Of a stretch of 55,479 nucleotides of DNA, positions 36,583-48,494 are shown piece by piece. This DNA comes from Marsupella aquatica (lineage: Eukaryota > Plantae > Marchantiophyta). The notes below the pieces were generated by a model, which searched no databases, had not been told where the DNA came from, and saw only the letters and a program-made list of their open reading frames with translations. The position numbers and the translations under genes were made by a program. Numbering within the stretch: position 1 is the first letter of the stretch; the number at the start of each line of letters is the position of its first letter. The DNA lies in NCBI GenBank assembly GCA_973895155.1, contig OZ316894.1, forward strand, positions 502,289-557,767, in the 5' to 3' direction.

Positions 36583-37149
36583 TTGATGTTGAATTTGACC
36601 TCTTTGGTTTGGTCCAAAATTAAGCCGTTTTTTGTCAATGATAGTACCAATTCTCCTATTTTGTTCAACTATTTTTCCTGTTATGATCATCACTGTTTCC
36701 TGTTTCCTGTCACGGAGGTCGGGCCCATCAACAACATGCGTGTATTGTCAAGAGTTAGTAGGAAATGGAGATTCCTAATGACTCACTCGAAGGGATGGGC
36801 AGCCATAAAAGTGTTGCTGGACATTGTTGAAAACATATCTGAAAATTGACATTGGACTCAACACTCAACCGCATCCACGTTTCAAGTCCTCTTGCGTCAA
36901 ATTCCTCCTATTGATGCCCTCGCGATGATGTCACCTATATCATTGAAGTCTTGGGTGGCATATTATGTTTGGAGGACAGAGAGATATGAGAGGGATCTGT
37001 ATGATAATTTCTTTGACGAGGATGAGCTTGGAAGGGTCAAGCTATGGGTGGAGAATAGGCTACACACATTGTTGTGGTGTGACGATGTAGCGAGTTGGGA
37101 GAGCAACAATCCCGATAGTGGGTACGGGCTTCATAGTGATGACATTTGA
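36583..37149 (+). pseudogene. Possible F-box-like cargo gene fragment in the MULE
   Basis: VLSRVSRKWRFL...W resembles the end of an F-box motif. ORFs 36583-36849 and 36892-37149 share a frame across one stop. Confidence 0.3.
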
Positions 37150-37335
37150 TCATTTAGGGTTTAGGTCGGCCGCCATTGTTGGTTTAGGTTTAGTTTAGAA
37201 GAATTTATCCTCACCCTTGGTAGTTTTGGTTCAAATTTTGTAACATGGACAAATTTTGTACGAGTTTGGGATTAATAAATTACTTGACATTTGCACGACA
37301 AACATGTTTTGCACGGTGTTTTTTCAATGTCGGCT

Positions 37336-37615
37336 ACCTCGCCGACATGCAGAACTCAGCTTGGGTCTCTAAGATGAATCTTGGTCAGATCTCAGCAACC
37401 TTCTCCGAGATATACTGGCGTACGTCAAATTGCTAGATGTATGTCAGATCGCCAATGTTGACCACCTCGCCGACATGCAAAACTTGGCGAGGGTCTCTGA
37501 GATGATTCTTGGCCAGATCTCGGCGGCCTTCTCCAAGATATGCTGGCGTACGTCAGATTGCTGGACGTACATCAGATCGCCAATGACATGCAACACTCGG
37601 CAAGGGTCTCTGACA
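37336..37615. repeat. About 128-bp degenerate subterminal tandem repeat
   Basis: acctcgccgacatgca starts at 37336 and 37464, with a partial third unit near 37586. Confidence 0.75.
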
Positions 37616-37939
37616 CATTTTGCGGTTTTGAGCAGGCAGCTTAGTTTTGAGCACGCAGCTTTGTGAAGTTGGCGACCCTCGCCGAGATCTTTTCCCAACA
37701 CGAAATAGCCAAGCATAGCGTCTAACCCACCAAGGAGAGACAATGTATGGAGTTTTCAAAACAATTATAGTAAAGATCAAGTCGGCGGTCTCGTTGACAT
37801 TCTAATTTGGTCGCATTAATGTGTACGGAAAGGACATATTGGGTCCGCTTGAATGATTTTACGATGTTGACGAGTACGCCGACATATCCTTGCCAATGTC
37901 AGAGACCTCGCCCACATCCGCTCACTATGGACCCTTCAC

Positions 37940-37998
37940 TAATATCAGTGACTGATATCAGTTATCAGTCACTGATAACTGATGATGTTACCTATCTC
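37940..37998 (-). repeat. Putative right TIR of the MULE, built of palindromic ATCAGT/ACTGAT units
   Basis: ...gataactgatgatgttacctatctc is the inverted counterpart of gagataagtaatctcatcagttatcagt at 35590. Confidence 0.65.
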
Positions 37999-39956
37999 GT
38001 GAATGTTGTATATGTAGATCTGAAAATGCTCCTGTAGAGGGTAGTTCCTGCATAGCTTCTAAGCGCTCCATTACATCTGTACGAGAATGGATGGAGGGAG
38101 CAGTTTGTCCCAAGCTTGAGGGGCAGGAATGGCATCAAAAGAGTTGTATTTTTGGTAGTTGTGAAATATGTGGAGTTCATAAGTTGGTGTGGTGTGAAAT
38201 GGAGCTAGACGTCACAGAGAACCTTTCTATTGATTGGGAAACCTTTCAGTATGTTGATTAGATGAGACGGCACAGAACAAGAGAGAGAAGAAGAAAGGAA
38301 CTGCCGAAAGCGCACAGCAAAAGGTGAAGCGCTTGAGGCTGGTGCATAAGAGAACTACTCTTCCAGATTTCAAGTTGCAGGTATTGGATTCAATGAAGAC
38401 ATTTCTTGTTCATAATTTCAGAGCCCGTTGGCAAGGTAATCAGTCCAAACTGTGCCTGAAAACGTTTCCAAGGGGAACTATAGTCTCTTCCATAGACTTT
38501 TCTGAGAATTGTACTTTCAAGGTTCAGAATGAGATTCAAACTCAACATTGGGATAATAAGCAGATCACGTTGTTGATTCTTGTGACCTATAGACATCACG
38601 AGGATGTCTAGTCTATTGAGGCTGTTGTGGGTAGGTCTGTAGGAATGGCACAAGATGACACTGGGAATCGAGACATCATAGCTGATTATCATTTTTATAT
38701 TAGTGACGACAATACCCACGACACCCTGTTTGTGCAACATTATATGGATTCACATGCAGCATGGATGAAGGGTGAAAAAATCACATTCAATCAGCATTGG
38801 GTTTGGTTAGATGGAGCAGCTTCACAGTTTAAGGCTTGCAGGCCTTTCTATTACGTCTCGAGATACTACAAACGACACTGTGCTAGAATGAAGTGGTTCT
38901 TCCATGCTTCAGGACATGGGAAAGGTGTTGCTGTGAGTTTCTTAACACTACCTCTAGTTTATGACTTAAGCAACCCTAAACACTAGTATAGTGCTCAGCA
39001 TACTAGTATAGTGCTATGCTCTACTATGTTGTACATTCTGAATTCACTCTCTGATAAATATATTGTAATTCGTGTTCTGATTTTAGGATGCTCTTGGTGG
39101 TCACATTAAGAGCGGAATTGAGAAGGAGCAGCTGAAAGGGATTCATGGAGCTCGATTGGAGAATGCAGCTGATGTAGTTGCATTTTGCAAAGACAAATTT
39201 GCTCTTGGCTAAGAGAAGGAATACGGTGATGTTCAATTGGTGAGACGCGTGTTTTGGGAAATTGACGCACATGATGTGAATCGCAGAAAGAAATGGGACT
39301 GTGATCCAATCAAGGGAAGTAGATCCTTACATTGCTTTGATGGTTTTAGTAATCGTCTATCAACTCTTCTGCAAGTAAGGGAGCTCTCCTACTTCTGTGC
39401 TCATTGTGTAGATGATGAACCAGCAAAATGTGAGAATGTAGAATGGGTAGGACATTTCAAACTCGAGATGGTGAGAGGGATACTGCCAACTAATGTGACT
39501 GCTGACATAGACAACATTGGAGTAGGGGAAGGAGCATTTGAATGTGAGGATGGCTCGTTGGCACAACTGGTGCAACTTGGTGATTTTTACGCTGTGGAAG
39601 CTGAGCAACCCAATAAGTGGGCTGCTGATTTCTACATCCTTCAATGTGAGGAGGTGCTGCACACAATTAAAGAGGGATTTACAGACGGGTATGAGGTGGA
39701 GTTTGATACAAGCGACTTAGCATTGAAGGGAAGGTGGTTTCAACCAATTCCAAAGTCAGAAACCAAATTTGTGTTCAATGACAGTGCACCCGCAAGCTAT
39801 ACCCATGCAAAGTCTATAGTTCATATTAGATTTGCTCTGAATCCGTGTGAGGTGGGAAGGGGTCACAAGGGTGGCAGCCGGATGTACAACTTAGACTTAG
39901 ATACACTAGCAGCAATCACTACTTCCTTGACCTCGCAAGTCTTGGTTAGAACTTAA
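37999..39956 (+). pseudogene. Sola2-like DDD transposase, 5'-truncated, several stops
   Basis: CPK...WH...C..G.C..CG, HNFRARWQ, IDFSEN...QNEIQTQHW, ISDDNTHD, WLDGAASQFK. GHGKGVA|DALGG is joined by the in-frame intron 38933-39086. The Sola2 assignment is from recalled motifs. Confidence 0.65.
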
Positions 39957-40143
39957 ATTGTGCAGACAGGGATTGGAAGGGAATTTGCTTCGAAGCGTGA
40001 GTAACCTGGCGCCTGGCAACAGTTCAGGTATGGCGTCCACAAGTTACCTTTATTATACTTCTCTTTGCTTTTGTGTTGTATGTACATACCTGAACATACA
40101 GTGCTATACCTATTGCTTAAAATTGGCCTGTACTTAGAGTCAG

Positions 40144-40426
40144 GGGGTATGACATGCGTGATAGTAAACAGGAAATAGGTTTACTGGTACCAGCAAAAAT
40201 TTACTGTTACCAGAAAAATGACAATGTAAAAATATTTCCTAAAAAATCACATTTTCCAAAAAAAAATTTGCCGACAACATTTTTTGGCTAGCTTTGGGCG
40301 CTAGCAAAAAACAAATTTCAAAAAACAAATTCTTAAAAAATTCTTAAAAAATTACCACTCATTTTCCTGTTACCAGTTTCTATTTCCTGTTACTGTTTGC
40401 TGTTTGCTATCGTTTGTAAATACCCC
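40144..40426. mobile_element. MITE with GGGGTAT...ATACCCC termini and 8-9 bp TSD
   Basis: Flanks AGAGTCAG (40136-40143) and AGAGCCAG (40427-40434). Internal inverted blocks ACAGGAAATAG/CTATTTCCTGT surround an A/T-rich core. Confidence 0.7.
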
Positions 40427-40459
40427 AGAGCCAGGAGTGATTGGGCAAACTCCTTTTGT

Positions 40460-41030
40460 GTGGAGGACTTCCTGATCTTCATCTAGAGTATATTTAGGAC
40501 TTGGTATATTGTGAAGTCCTTTTAAGTAAGGACCCGCATCCTAAACATGACTCAACTCCTTTTTGGCTGAAGGACTCACGCTGTGAAAAGGACTAAACTA
40601 CTTTTTTTACTAAAGGACTCAATTCCTGAGAAGGACTTTAGTCCTTTTTGTCATGTGTTAAGGACTTGAGTCTTTTCTGAGTGAAGGACTTGACTCCTTT
40701 TTGTCATGTGTTAAGGACTTGAGTCCTTTCTGAGTGAAGGACTTAACTCCTTTTTGAGTGGAGGACTTGACTCCTTTCTGAAGGACTGTAGTCCTTTTTT
40801 AATGATGGACTTGAGTCCTTTCTGAGTGAAGGACTTGAGTCCTTTCTAATGAAGGACTTGACTCCTTTTTGAGTGAAGGACTGATCTTCTTTCTGTGTGA
40901 AGGACTTGCAGACTCCTTTTTTTATTGAAAACTTGACTCCTTTTGTGAGTGAAGGACTGATCTTCTTTCTGTGTGAAGGACTTGACTCCTATCTGATTGA
41001 AGGACTTGACTCCTTCCTGTGTGAAGGCGG
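40460..41030. repeat. Degenerate minisatellite of (GTG)AAGGACTTGA(C/G)TCCTTT units
   Basis: More than 20 GGACT cores at roughly 20-30 bp spacing. Confidence 0.9.
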
Positions 41031-43896
41031 CCTGCCTTACTATGACATTCTAAGTTATGGTGATAAGAATCACCTTCTTAAATCTTGTATAGAGTACCAT
41101 GGTCATCGTATATGTTTCCATGCCAACATACTGAAGTGCTTAACATTCAGAGGCCCGTAATCTTATCATGAAGGAAGAGTGTTCAATTCAAGTTTTCAAT
41201 AAATGGGGAATCATATCCAGAAATTTTGAGGTGTCTACAATTACTTTTTTATTTCATATTCTTACCTTGCGTTTTTTCTTGTAGGGTTTTGGTGGTCTTC
41301 CAGCGGGAGTCCACATTTGAAGCATGGGCTGGTCTGCAAGAGATGAAGGCTTGTTGTTGGGAACATCAAATGCTCATGAATTTGTCATATATTTAGAATC
41401 ATTGCATTGCTCTAGTAGTTCTTTTGTCCAGGGAGCAACAATTGTCCAGAGTGGGCTAGCTGGAGGTTGAGAGGCATTCAAACTCTGAGGGTGAACCATA
41501 CCCTTTTGTACAATTACGATGCAAGAAAGTAAAGCCGTGAAAAGCACCAAGTGCTATTTTGAATTGATCTCAATGCTCATTCAGCAAAATGTGGACTATG
41601 TTGTCTGGTGTTCTCAATGATGGTCCATCTACCAATATTTAATCCAGAATCTGTAACAGCCCTCTCAGCTGAGCAACGCTGAAATTTGATTAAAGGAGCG
41701 TCCTTGTTTTGCATAGTTGACTTGAAAGGCCAGACTACTTTTGATCACCTTCCTTAGCAGCTTAGCCTGTATCCCTACAGAGCATGATCTTGTGGTCAAA
41801 TTGATTGTGAGTGGAGAGAATTGAGAGGCAGGGGGTCACAAATAATGCCTAGCTTCAAGTAGTGCCTTCACTACTAGTGTGATCTAAAAACATATCCATG
41901 GAGAGTACTTTGTTCATGTTTGGAACATTGTAGCATAATTTAATGGACAACGATTCCAACTTAGATCTCATTGAAGGAGTAAAAAAATTCAAAATGAAGT
42001 CTGCAACAGTACGAGGATTGTTCCTCTCGTGACTCCCAGGCAAATGTGTATTCTTGAGACTTAGAACAAGATCTCGTAAACCCTGTCGTAAACATCAAAC
42101 ATGTGTGAATGGTGAATCATATGAGAAGTTGAAATGAATGAGACTTCTTGTACATGAAGGTATCTTGAGTCCAGTATATATGGTTCACACCGGCCATACT
42201 AGGGTTATTCAGGGCCACTTCACCATTACATCTCAATGTCAAACGAGTGTGGGTTTGTTAGCAACTCAGATTATCCCAAATTTAAGAAGCAACCATCAAG
42301 CTAATCACTTGCATACAAAACCGAAGGCAAGATCGTGACCAATGGCTTACAGGCAATCAGGAAACTAAGTCAGCTTGGTGGACAAAAAATCTTTCCAATC
42401 AGAAAGAATTGTCGGCTATTCAGAATTAACACGACACCAAGTATCTTGACCTAGAGGATCATGCTCTGTAGGGAATTTTTCAAAGTCAACTTTCCTAATC
42501 TCCTCTAGAAAGAATGAATGGCTAGCAAGCAAGATAGGAATATTTAGCAACCTTGGAACACCCTCTGGACCTCCCAATACCAAGATAACACCACGGGCTC
42601 AAAATGTGCCAAGAATTTGCCAATGTTATTCAAAGGTTCAAGATCTTCCTCGATCATGCACAATGTCAAATTAAATATAGAATTGAAATGTTGATGGCAT
42701 TTCAAGTCTAATTAGAGATTTCAAAACTACAAAATGACACCATCTGGTCCATTGCATGATTGAGGACTACCATTTTCTCCTTTTTTCTCCACAAAAAGGA
42801 CTCGAGTCCTTGCCATTTTGCATTAAATGTGCAACATATCCCTCAATGGCCAAGATTGAGGATACGTATATCAAAGGCTAGATTTGAACTGGTGAACTGA
42901 TTCCATTAAATGAACTTTTTTGGATTTAGCAGGACCCTAGTAAAGCTTGCACTCGTATCCTCATATAGAGTACTTATGATGTGTTTAATGTCCTCGAGGC
43001 GAGTAGCCGTCGTTTACTTTTCAAAAAAAGGACTCGGAAGTCTTGGAAACCTACAATAAATGTCCTCGCAATCCCCGCCGGCCAGGACATTTTGAAAACA
43101 AGGACTCCAAGTCCTTCCAACTTTGGCGCGATAGTCTCAACAGTAGTAAGGACTCGAGGACAAAGGAGTATTATTGAGAGTTTTATGCCTGAGCTATCAA
43201 ATTTTACGAAGTGTTTCATGGTGGACACCAAGCAGCTTGAGGTCCATAGCCAAAATCAGTAGTGTTCGAGTGTTGGGGCAGGAAGAGAGAGCGACGAGAA
43301 ATTGCAAACGAGTAGGTATTTTGTTGCGCATGGCAAGATTGTCCATGTTGGCCCGGCCCATTCAAACCATTGAGATAATTACAGCCCGAGAGCTCTCGTC
43401 GCAGCAGAGTTTATTGGCAACAAAGGGAAGCTAGTGGAGGACGGCCAACTTACTTCCGGAAGCGATTTCATTGTTTTTTTCACATCTGAGCACTTCAACG
43501 GGTCGCTGACATAGGTTTGGTTTGCACATGATGATCAAACTCTCAAAAATGATGGCTAGCATTCTTTTGATTCCTTAGCTGACTTTTCGATAGACCGTCG
43601 TATGTACCCCTATCTGTTCGCGTGCTATTAACACGGGATTATCCGTCAGCTGCATTGGTTGGAGTAATGCAACCTTCTAATTCCATTGTGTAATGCATGT
43701 AGGCCGAGCGGGCGGTTTGTTTGAAGCCAGCGGAGGAAATTTTACCCGATTCGTTGGTGATTGAATCCAACCAACATCCATTTTCAATCCGCAGCAGTCC
43801 TGAGGTAATAATGTAGGTGTTGGCCCGATACGCTTGCTTATACTTTGAGTTTTCACCACAACTTTCCTCTGTACTAGCGTATTTTTGAATGCCGTC

Positions 43897-46383
43897 ATGG
43901 ATGCCTCAACTGATAATCCAGAAGCTCCTAGAACTTCTACTCTTGAGCTAGGAGAAATGGAGATAGTTACAGTCCCAGACCCTGTTCTTCCTCATAGTAG
44001 CAGAGTCCGGTCCACTAGCAAACCAACCACGTATGTCTCCCAAGCTACAGATCGTGCTTCTCCCGACTCTCCAGCTCTTGTAGAGAGTATCAAAACTTCA
44101 AAACCAAAGACTAAGGTGGAGCCGCCTCTAGAGCCATGGGATCCTAAAGATTATGTGAAGGACGCAGAGTATTTCCATGTCACATTTGGTCTTCCAAATG
44201 AAGGTGTTAATCCTCATAAGATCAAAGACATTTCCAAGGAGCAATTGGCCGAAGTGTTTGGAGAGAAAGACAGGAATGGGTATAAGTTGAGTCTCTGTGT
44301 GGGCCTCCCAATTGAGGAGGTTTTGCAGCTATCCCAAGTCGTGGATGGTTACGATGCACCAGTGAATGGATTCTTGTCTTTCACTTTCATCAAAGGGGCA
44401 TATGCAGAAAGGATCCAAAGGCGAAAGGTGGACTGGTGTGTGTATGCGGTGTTGAAGCTGAAGGGGCAAATTGCCCAATGGGAGCGAGATGGCAAGGGTA
44501 AGCCAGATGGGCCTCCTTGCGTTAGGAGGTTGCGTCTGTATTTGCCACCAGTGCCTCAGGAATTTAGTGAAGATACTCAGAATCGGGTTAGGAAAAAGAT
44601 TTGTATCAAGCATCAAGCGCCAGGGGACAAAGCTCATCCGGGGACAGCCGATTCAGGAGCGGATTTTGGTAGCAAGGGAAGCGCACACGAGAGCGCACAT
44701 CCCAAACCATTGGAGGCTGCCCTTTCTGCCCCCGCAACAACGCTTCTCCCTGCCAAGCCTATTTCTCCTGTTGTCCCTATAGTGCCAAGAAGTCTTTTGC
44801 TTGCTATTCTGGATGGGCAAATAGTCACGATCAAATGCAGTCTTAGAGACACCCATGAGAGCATCAGTAAGGTTCAGAAGACTCTACAAGACTTGGAGGC
44901 AGCAAACAAGGATCATCCAAAACTCAGCTCTGGTCTGGTGGACCAACTTCAGAAACTACAGCAAGAATTGCAAGATGTGAGAATCAAAGTGAAGGCCGCA
45001 GACACCTTGTATGATGACATGTCAACAGAAATAGAGCTTGAGGAGCTCAAGGGAGAGCAAGATGAGGAGGTACAATGTCTGACCTGTCCCTGTGTCCATC
45101 AAACTATTTGTAGGCTAGATATATATGTTTAGTTGAGATGTTGGATTCAATTTAGCAGGACGAGGCATTGATGCATTGACGACGAGCTGCAAATAATGTT
45201 GTCGTGTGCATATATTTTTTGGGGTGGGCAGGAAAGCTATGTTGTTATCCTGCAACAGAAGTTGGAGGAGGGTAACAAGGCCATGGAGGCTTTGAAGGAA
45301 TCTGAGTCATTTATCCTAAAGGGGATGGCTACATTTGAGAAGCTCATTGAGACCAGGAAGAAGCGCTTTGAACAGTTACCACACAAGGTGGCTCGTTTGA
45401 AAGTTGTGGAATCACAGTTGGAAGGACATGTGAAGCGTTTGGAGTTGGCTGCAGCAGCTCAAAAGGCTGAATTGTCCATTTTGGAGCCTGTGTTGTCCAA
45501 TCCATGTCCAGCATTGCAGCCTCGATTTGTTCCCACATCAACTGCGATAGTGGGAACTGAAGTGTTCGTGAGTAATTGTCCAGTTTGTTGCCACGGGTAT
45601 CATTGTTTCAATTGGGTTCCAGCAAGTTGTGGCCACGCCTATCATCCGCATTGTTTATTTACCTTGTTGGGGAATAAAACAAGGACAAGTTGTTGCTTTG
45701 CTTGTGGGGAACCCTTTTGTGAAGATTGGATTCGAAGTTGGGGTCTTCCAAAGAGAGCGGTAGACAAGCTGCCGTTAGGTGAAGGCTCCTATATTCAGGA
45801 TTTGAAGGCAACATATGGGGCTAACAGTGCCCAATTGGGCACACGTCATCACCTTTTGCAACAGATGCAGTCCACGCAAGCAGTGGTATGTGTATAACCA
45901 GACTAGGCCTGCAGGTCATGTTTAGGTAGTTGGACAGTTTGAGTTTTTAGTTGGGCCATTAAGTGAATGTCGTCATTGTGTGTGCAGGAACAAGCCGAGG
46001 TCCAAGCAACTGTGTTGTTGAACAATGTGGACCACACTAGTGTGGTGCATGAACAGGGTGCCCCTGTGGATGAGTCTCCTGAAATGCCAGTGTTCAATTC
46101 CACAGCAGCCATCGGACTGCATGTGAGGAAGAAACAGAAGCAGGAGAGTGAAGTAGCTAGCAAGGTGACCAGTACCCCATTGACATCTCTTGAGCTTGGC
46201 ACCTTGCCCTTCACTCCTGAGTCTCGCTCTCATGTTTCATTCAGGCAACTGTTGAGTCTTGTTCAAACTGAAGCAGGAGAAACATCTCCTCCACGGTCCA
46301 GGAGTGCAATCCAATCCCAAGTTGTTCCTCGCAAGTCATCAAACTCCAGGAAAAGATTGCAACTTCTTGTGAGAGACCCATAG
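43897..46383 (+). CDS. Predicted 3-exon, about 740-aa protein: FGLP/NGY domain + coiled coil + RING-H2 finger
   Basis: Exons 43897-45069, 45232-45885 and 45988-46383 are joined by phase-0 GT-AG introns with no stops. RING: CPVC-x11-CGHAYHPHC-x12-CFAC. Confidence 0.7.
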
Positions 46384-46594
46384 CAAAAGGAAGAAGGTTT
46401 TTCTCTGGGTGCTGTAAACTGAATAATATAGAAAATCGTTTTATGTGCAGCAAACTAAATCAGGGCGGAAAACAAGAGCCACTACTGTGAACTAGTTGTA
46501 GAGATCAAGCAGGTAACTATGGGTTTCCTACCTTGTGATGTTCTTTTGTCCTTTATTTGTTTGCCTTTGGTTGTCATTATGGTTTGTCACACTA

Positions 46595-47145
46595 GCAGGA
46601 CTCGGACAACAAGGGCCAAGGAGTTCAAGTCCTTCTTAAGGACTTTCAGTTCTCGCTTGAGCACTTAAAGTCCTTCATAAGCACTTGAAGTCCTTATTGG
46701 AGTCGTGGGGCAAGGACTGGGAGTCCTTCGGCCATGACTAGGACTTGGAGTCCTTGGGTAGAGTCCTTGGGAAAGGACTAGTAGTCATTGGGAAAGGACA
46801 CGGAGTCCTTGGGAAAGGACACGGAGTCCTTGGGAAGAGTCCTTGGAAAGGACACGGAGTCCTTTGGGAAAGGACACAGAGTCCTTGGGCAAGGACACGG
46901 AGTCCTTGGGAGTCCTTGGGGAAGGACCCGGAGTCCTTCGGAGTCCTTGGGGAAGGACCCCGAGTCCTTGGGGAAGGACCCCGAGTCCTTGGGAAAGGAC
47001 AGGAGTCCTTGGGAAAGGACACTTAGTCCATCGACAAGAACACTGAGTCCTTGGCTAAGTCCTTCGGTAAGGACTCTAAGGATTTACCAAGGACTTGGAG
47101 TGAGGAAGGACTTGAAGTCCTTGGGAAATCCTTGCAAAAGTCTGT
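46595..47145. repeat. Minisatellite of about 21-22 bp GGAGTCCTTGGGAAAGGACAC hairpin units
   Basis: The core array spans about 46745-47025. Each unit contains GTCCT...AGGAC. Confidence 0.92.
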
Positions 47146-47238
47146 CGAGTGAGAAAGTGCAAGAGTCTTTGGTTAGTTTGTTTGATTCAAATTGTTGAAT
47201 TCTTGATTTTGAGAATGAGGTGCTTCAGTTTTGCAGAT

Positions 47239-47582
47239 GGAGAAGCTTAGCCTATATGATACTCTCCATGAGGTCAGGATTGATCAGATATGGGGTCTAT
47301 GTGCTGGAGCCTTTACTTATGAAGGCTGTGGGGGAGTTTTGAGTGATGGCCGTCCCTGCACCTTGGGAAAGCACAAACGGAGGTTGAGAATGCAGAATCC
47401 TGAGTCACCTTTAGGTCCTCGATCATGCAACAGACTCCAGCACTCTTGTTCTAGGGATGGGGAAGGAACATATATGTATTGTTTTGCTGTGCAGGTTGGC
47501 GATGTGGTGCTTCAAGTGAATGAAGCTAATGGTCTGCAGTTGATGGGGATCTCGGGCCAGGACTATAGGGATTCTGATGATG
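47239..47582 (+). pseudogene. Possible RPA70 C-terminal OB-fold/Zn-ribbon-like exon, truncated
   Basis: FTYEGC...C..K...C....C......YMYCFAVQVGD......LMGISG resembles the Rep_fac-A_C pattern. It is preceded by a TTTTGCAG acceptor. Confidence 0.4.
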
Positions 47583-48494
47583 TATGACCTGGCTAAAGAT
47601 GTACTAGAATCTAGAGTCTCGGCAACAGTAGGTCAACTATTGAAAAATAGCCCGTACTTCCGGAAGCAATTAAGGAAGGCTATTCTCGGCAAGCCGAGAT
47701 TACCCAAGGTAGCAACCAGATCCGACGTACTAATGATAGAAGAAGATCAAGGAGCCCCAGCATTACCATTAATGATTCAAGGAGAATTATTACTACGGGT
47801 ACCCATCGATGGAGGATCAGGGGTATGTATTATGATTGATTCAACAGCAAAAGGGTGGGGTCTAACACCGGAGATGACTGGAAGAGTGTTGAACATGGCC
47901 AATGGATATCAGGTCATTCCCACGGGAGTGTTAACCGGCATCAAGACAGAGATAGGAGGTGTCTTCTTTAGCATTAACTATGTAGTAATGAAGCCGGTAA
48001 ATCCTACGTCATTCTGGCTATTGATTGGTAGGCCATGGCTGTACCTAGCCGAGGTAATAGAAGATTGGGGTAAAAAGCAGTTCACTTTCGGGACCCCCTC
48101 TATCACGGTATCCTGGGACACTAAGGATGACCGTAGGAAAAGCATAAGGGAAGTAGATGGGTACGACAGTGGACTGGAGTCAGCCAATGAAGTACGTTGG
48201 TTAGAATGCCTCACTGACCTAACCGAAGAAAGTGTCTTTGGACCAGAGGTACCCCCCAGCGGATTATGGCAAGAACCAATGGAAGGTGACTTGGAAGAAG
48301 AAGACGAAGAGGTCGAGGACTGCTTTACAATAGAATCCACCTTTTTAGCTGCAATTCCGGAGGAAGTAAAGGATGTAGACCAATTGGATGAAACGGCTAA
48401 GTGGGGAGCAGTAGCAGGGACAGTGGATTTTCTACAGGCGTTGTGGCAGAGCCGGCAGGGTTCACAACGCCATCGATCATCGGCAAGGAATTAA
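47583..48494 (+). pseudogene. Protease part of the gag-PR ORF
   Basis: PIDGGSG and LLIGRPWL; matches ORF 20376-21386. Confidence 0.9.
48425..48471 (+). promoter_or_regulatory. Second copy of the candidate -1 frameshift signal
   Basis: GGATTTT, 5-nt spacer and the same 9-bp stem are conserved. Confidence 0.7.

Larger units (their letters stand above)
32573..37998 (+). mobile_element. Right part of a Mutator-like (MULE) DNA transposon
   Basis: Transposase pseudogene, subterminal tandem repeats and a terminus reading GAGATAGGTAACATCATCAG on the minus strand, which matches the end of the TSD-flanked MITE at 35590. Confidence 0.6.

Noticed and set aside
46740-47030. Palindromic 21-22 bp repeats resembling a CRISPR array
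   Set aside because: No unique spacers, no cas genes and a eukaryotic TE context; this is a minisatellite.
46738-47198. Repetitive ORFs such as MGKDTESLGKD...
   Set aside because: Translation artefacts of the stop-free minisatellite.
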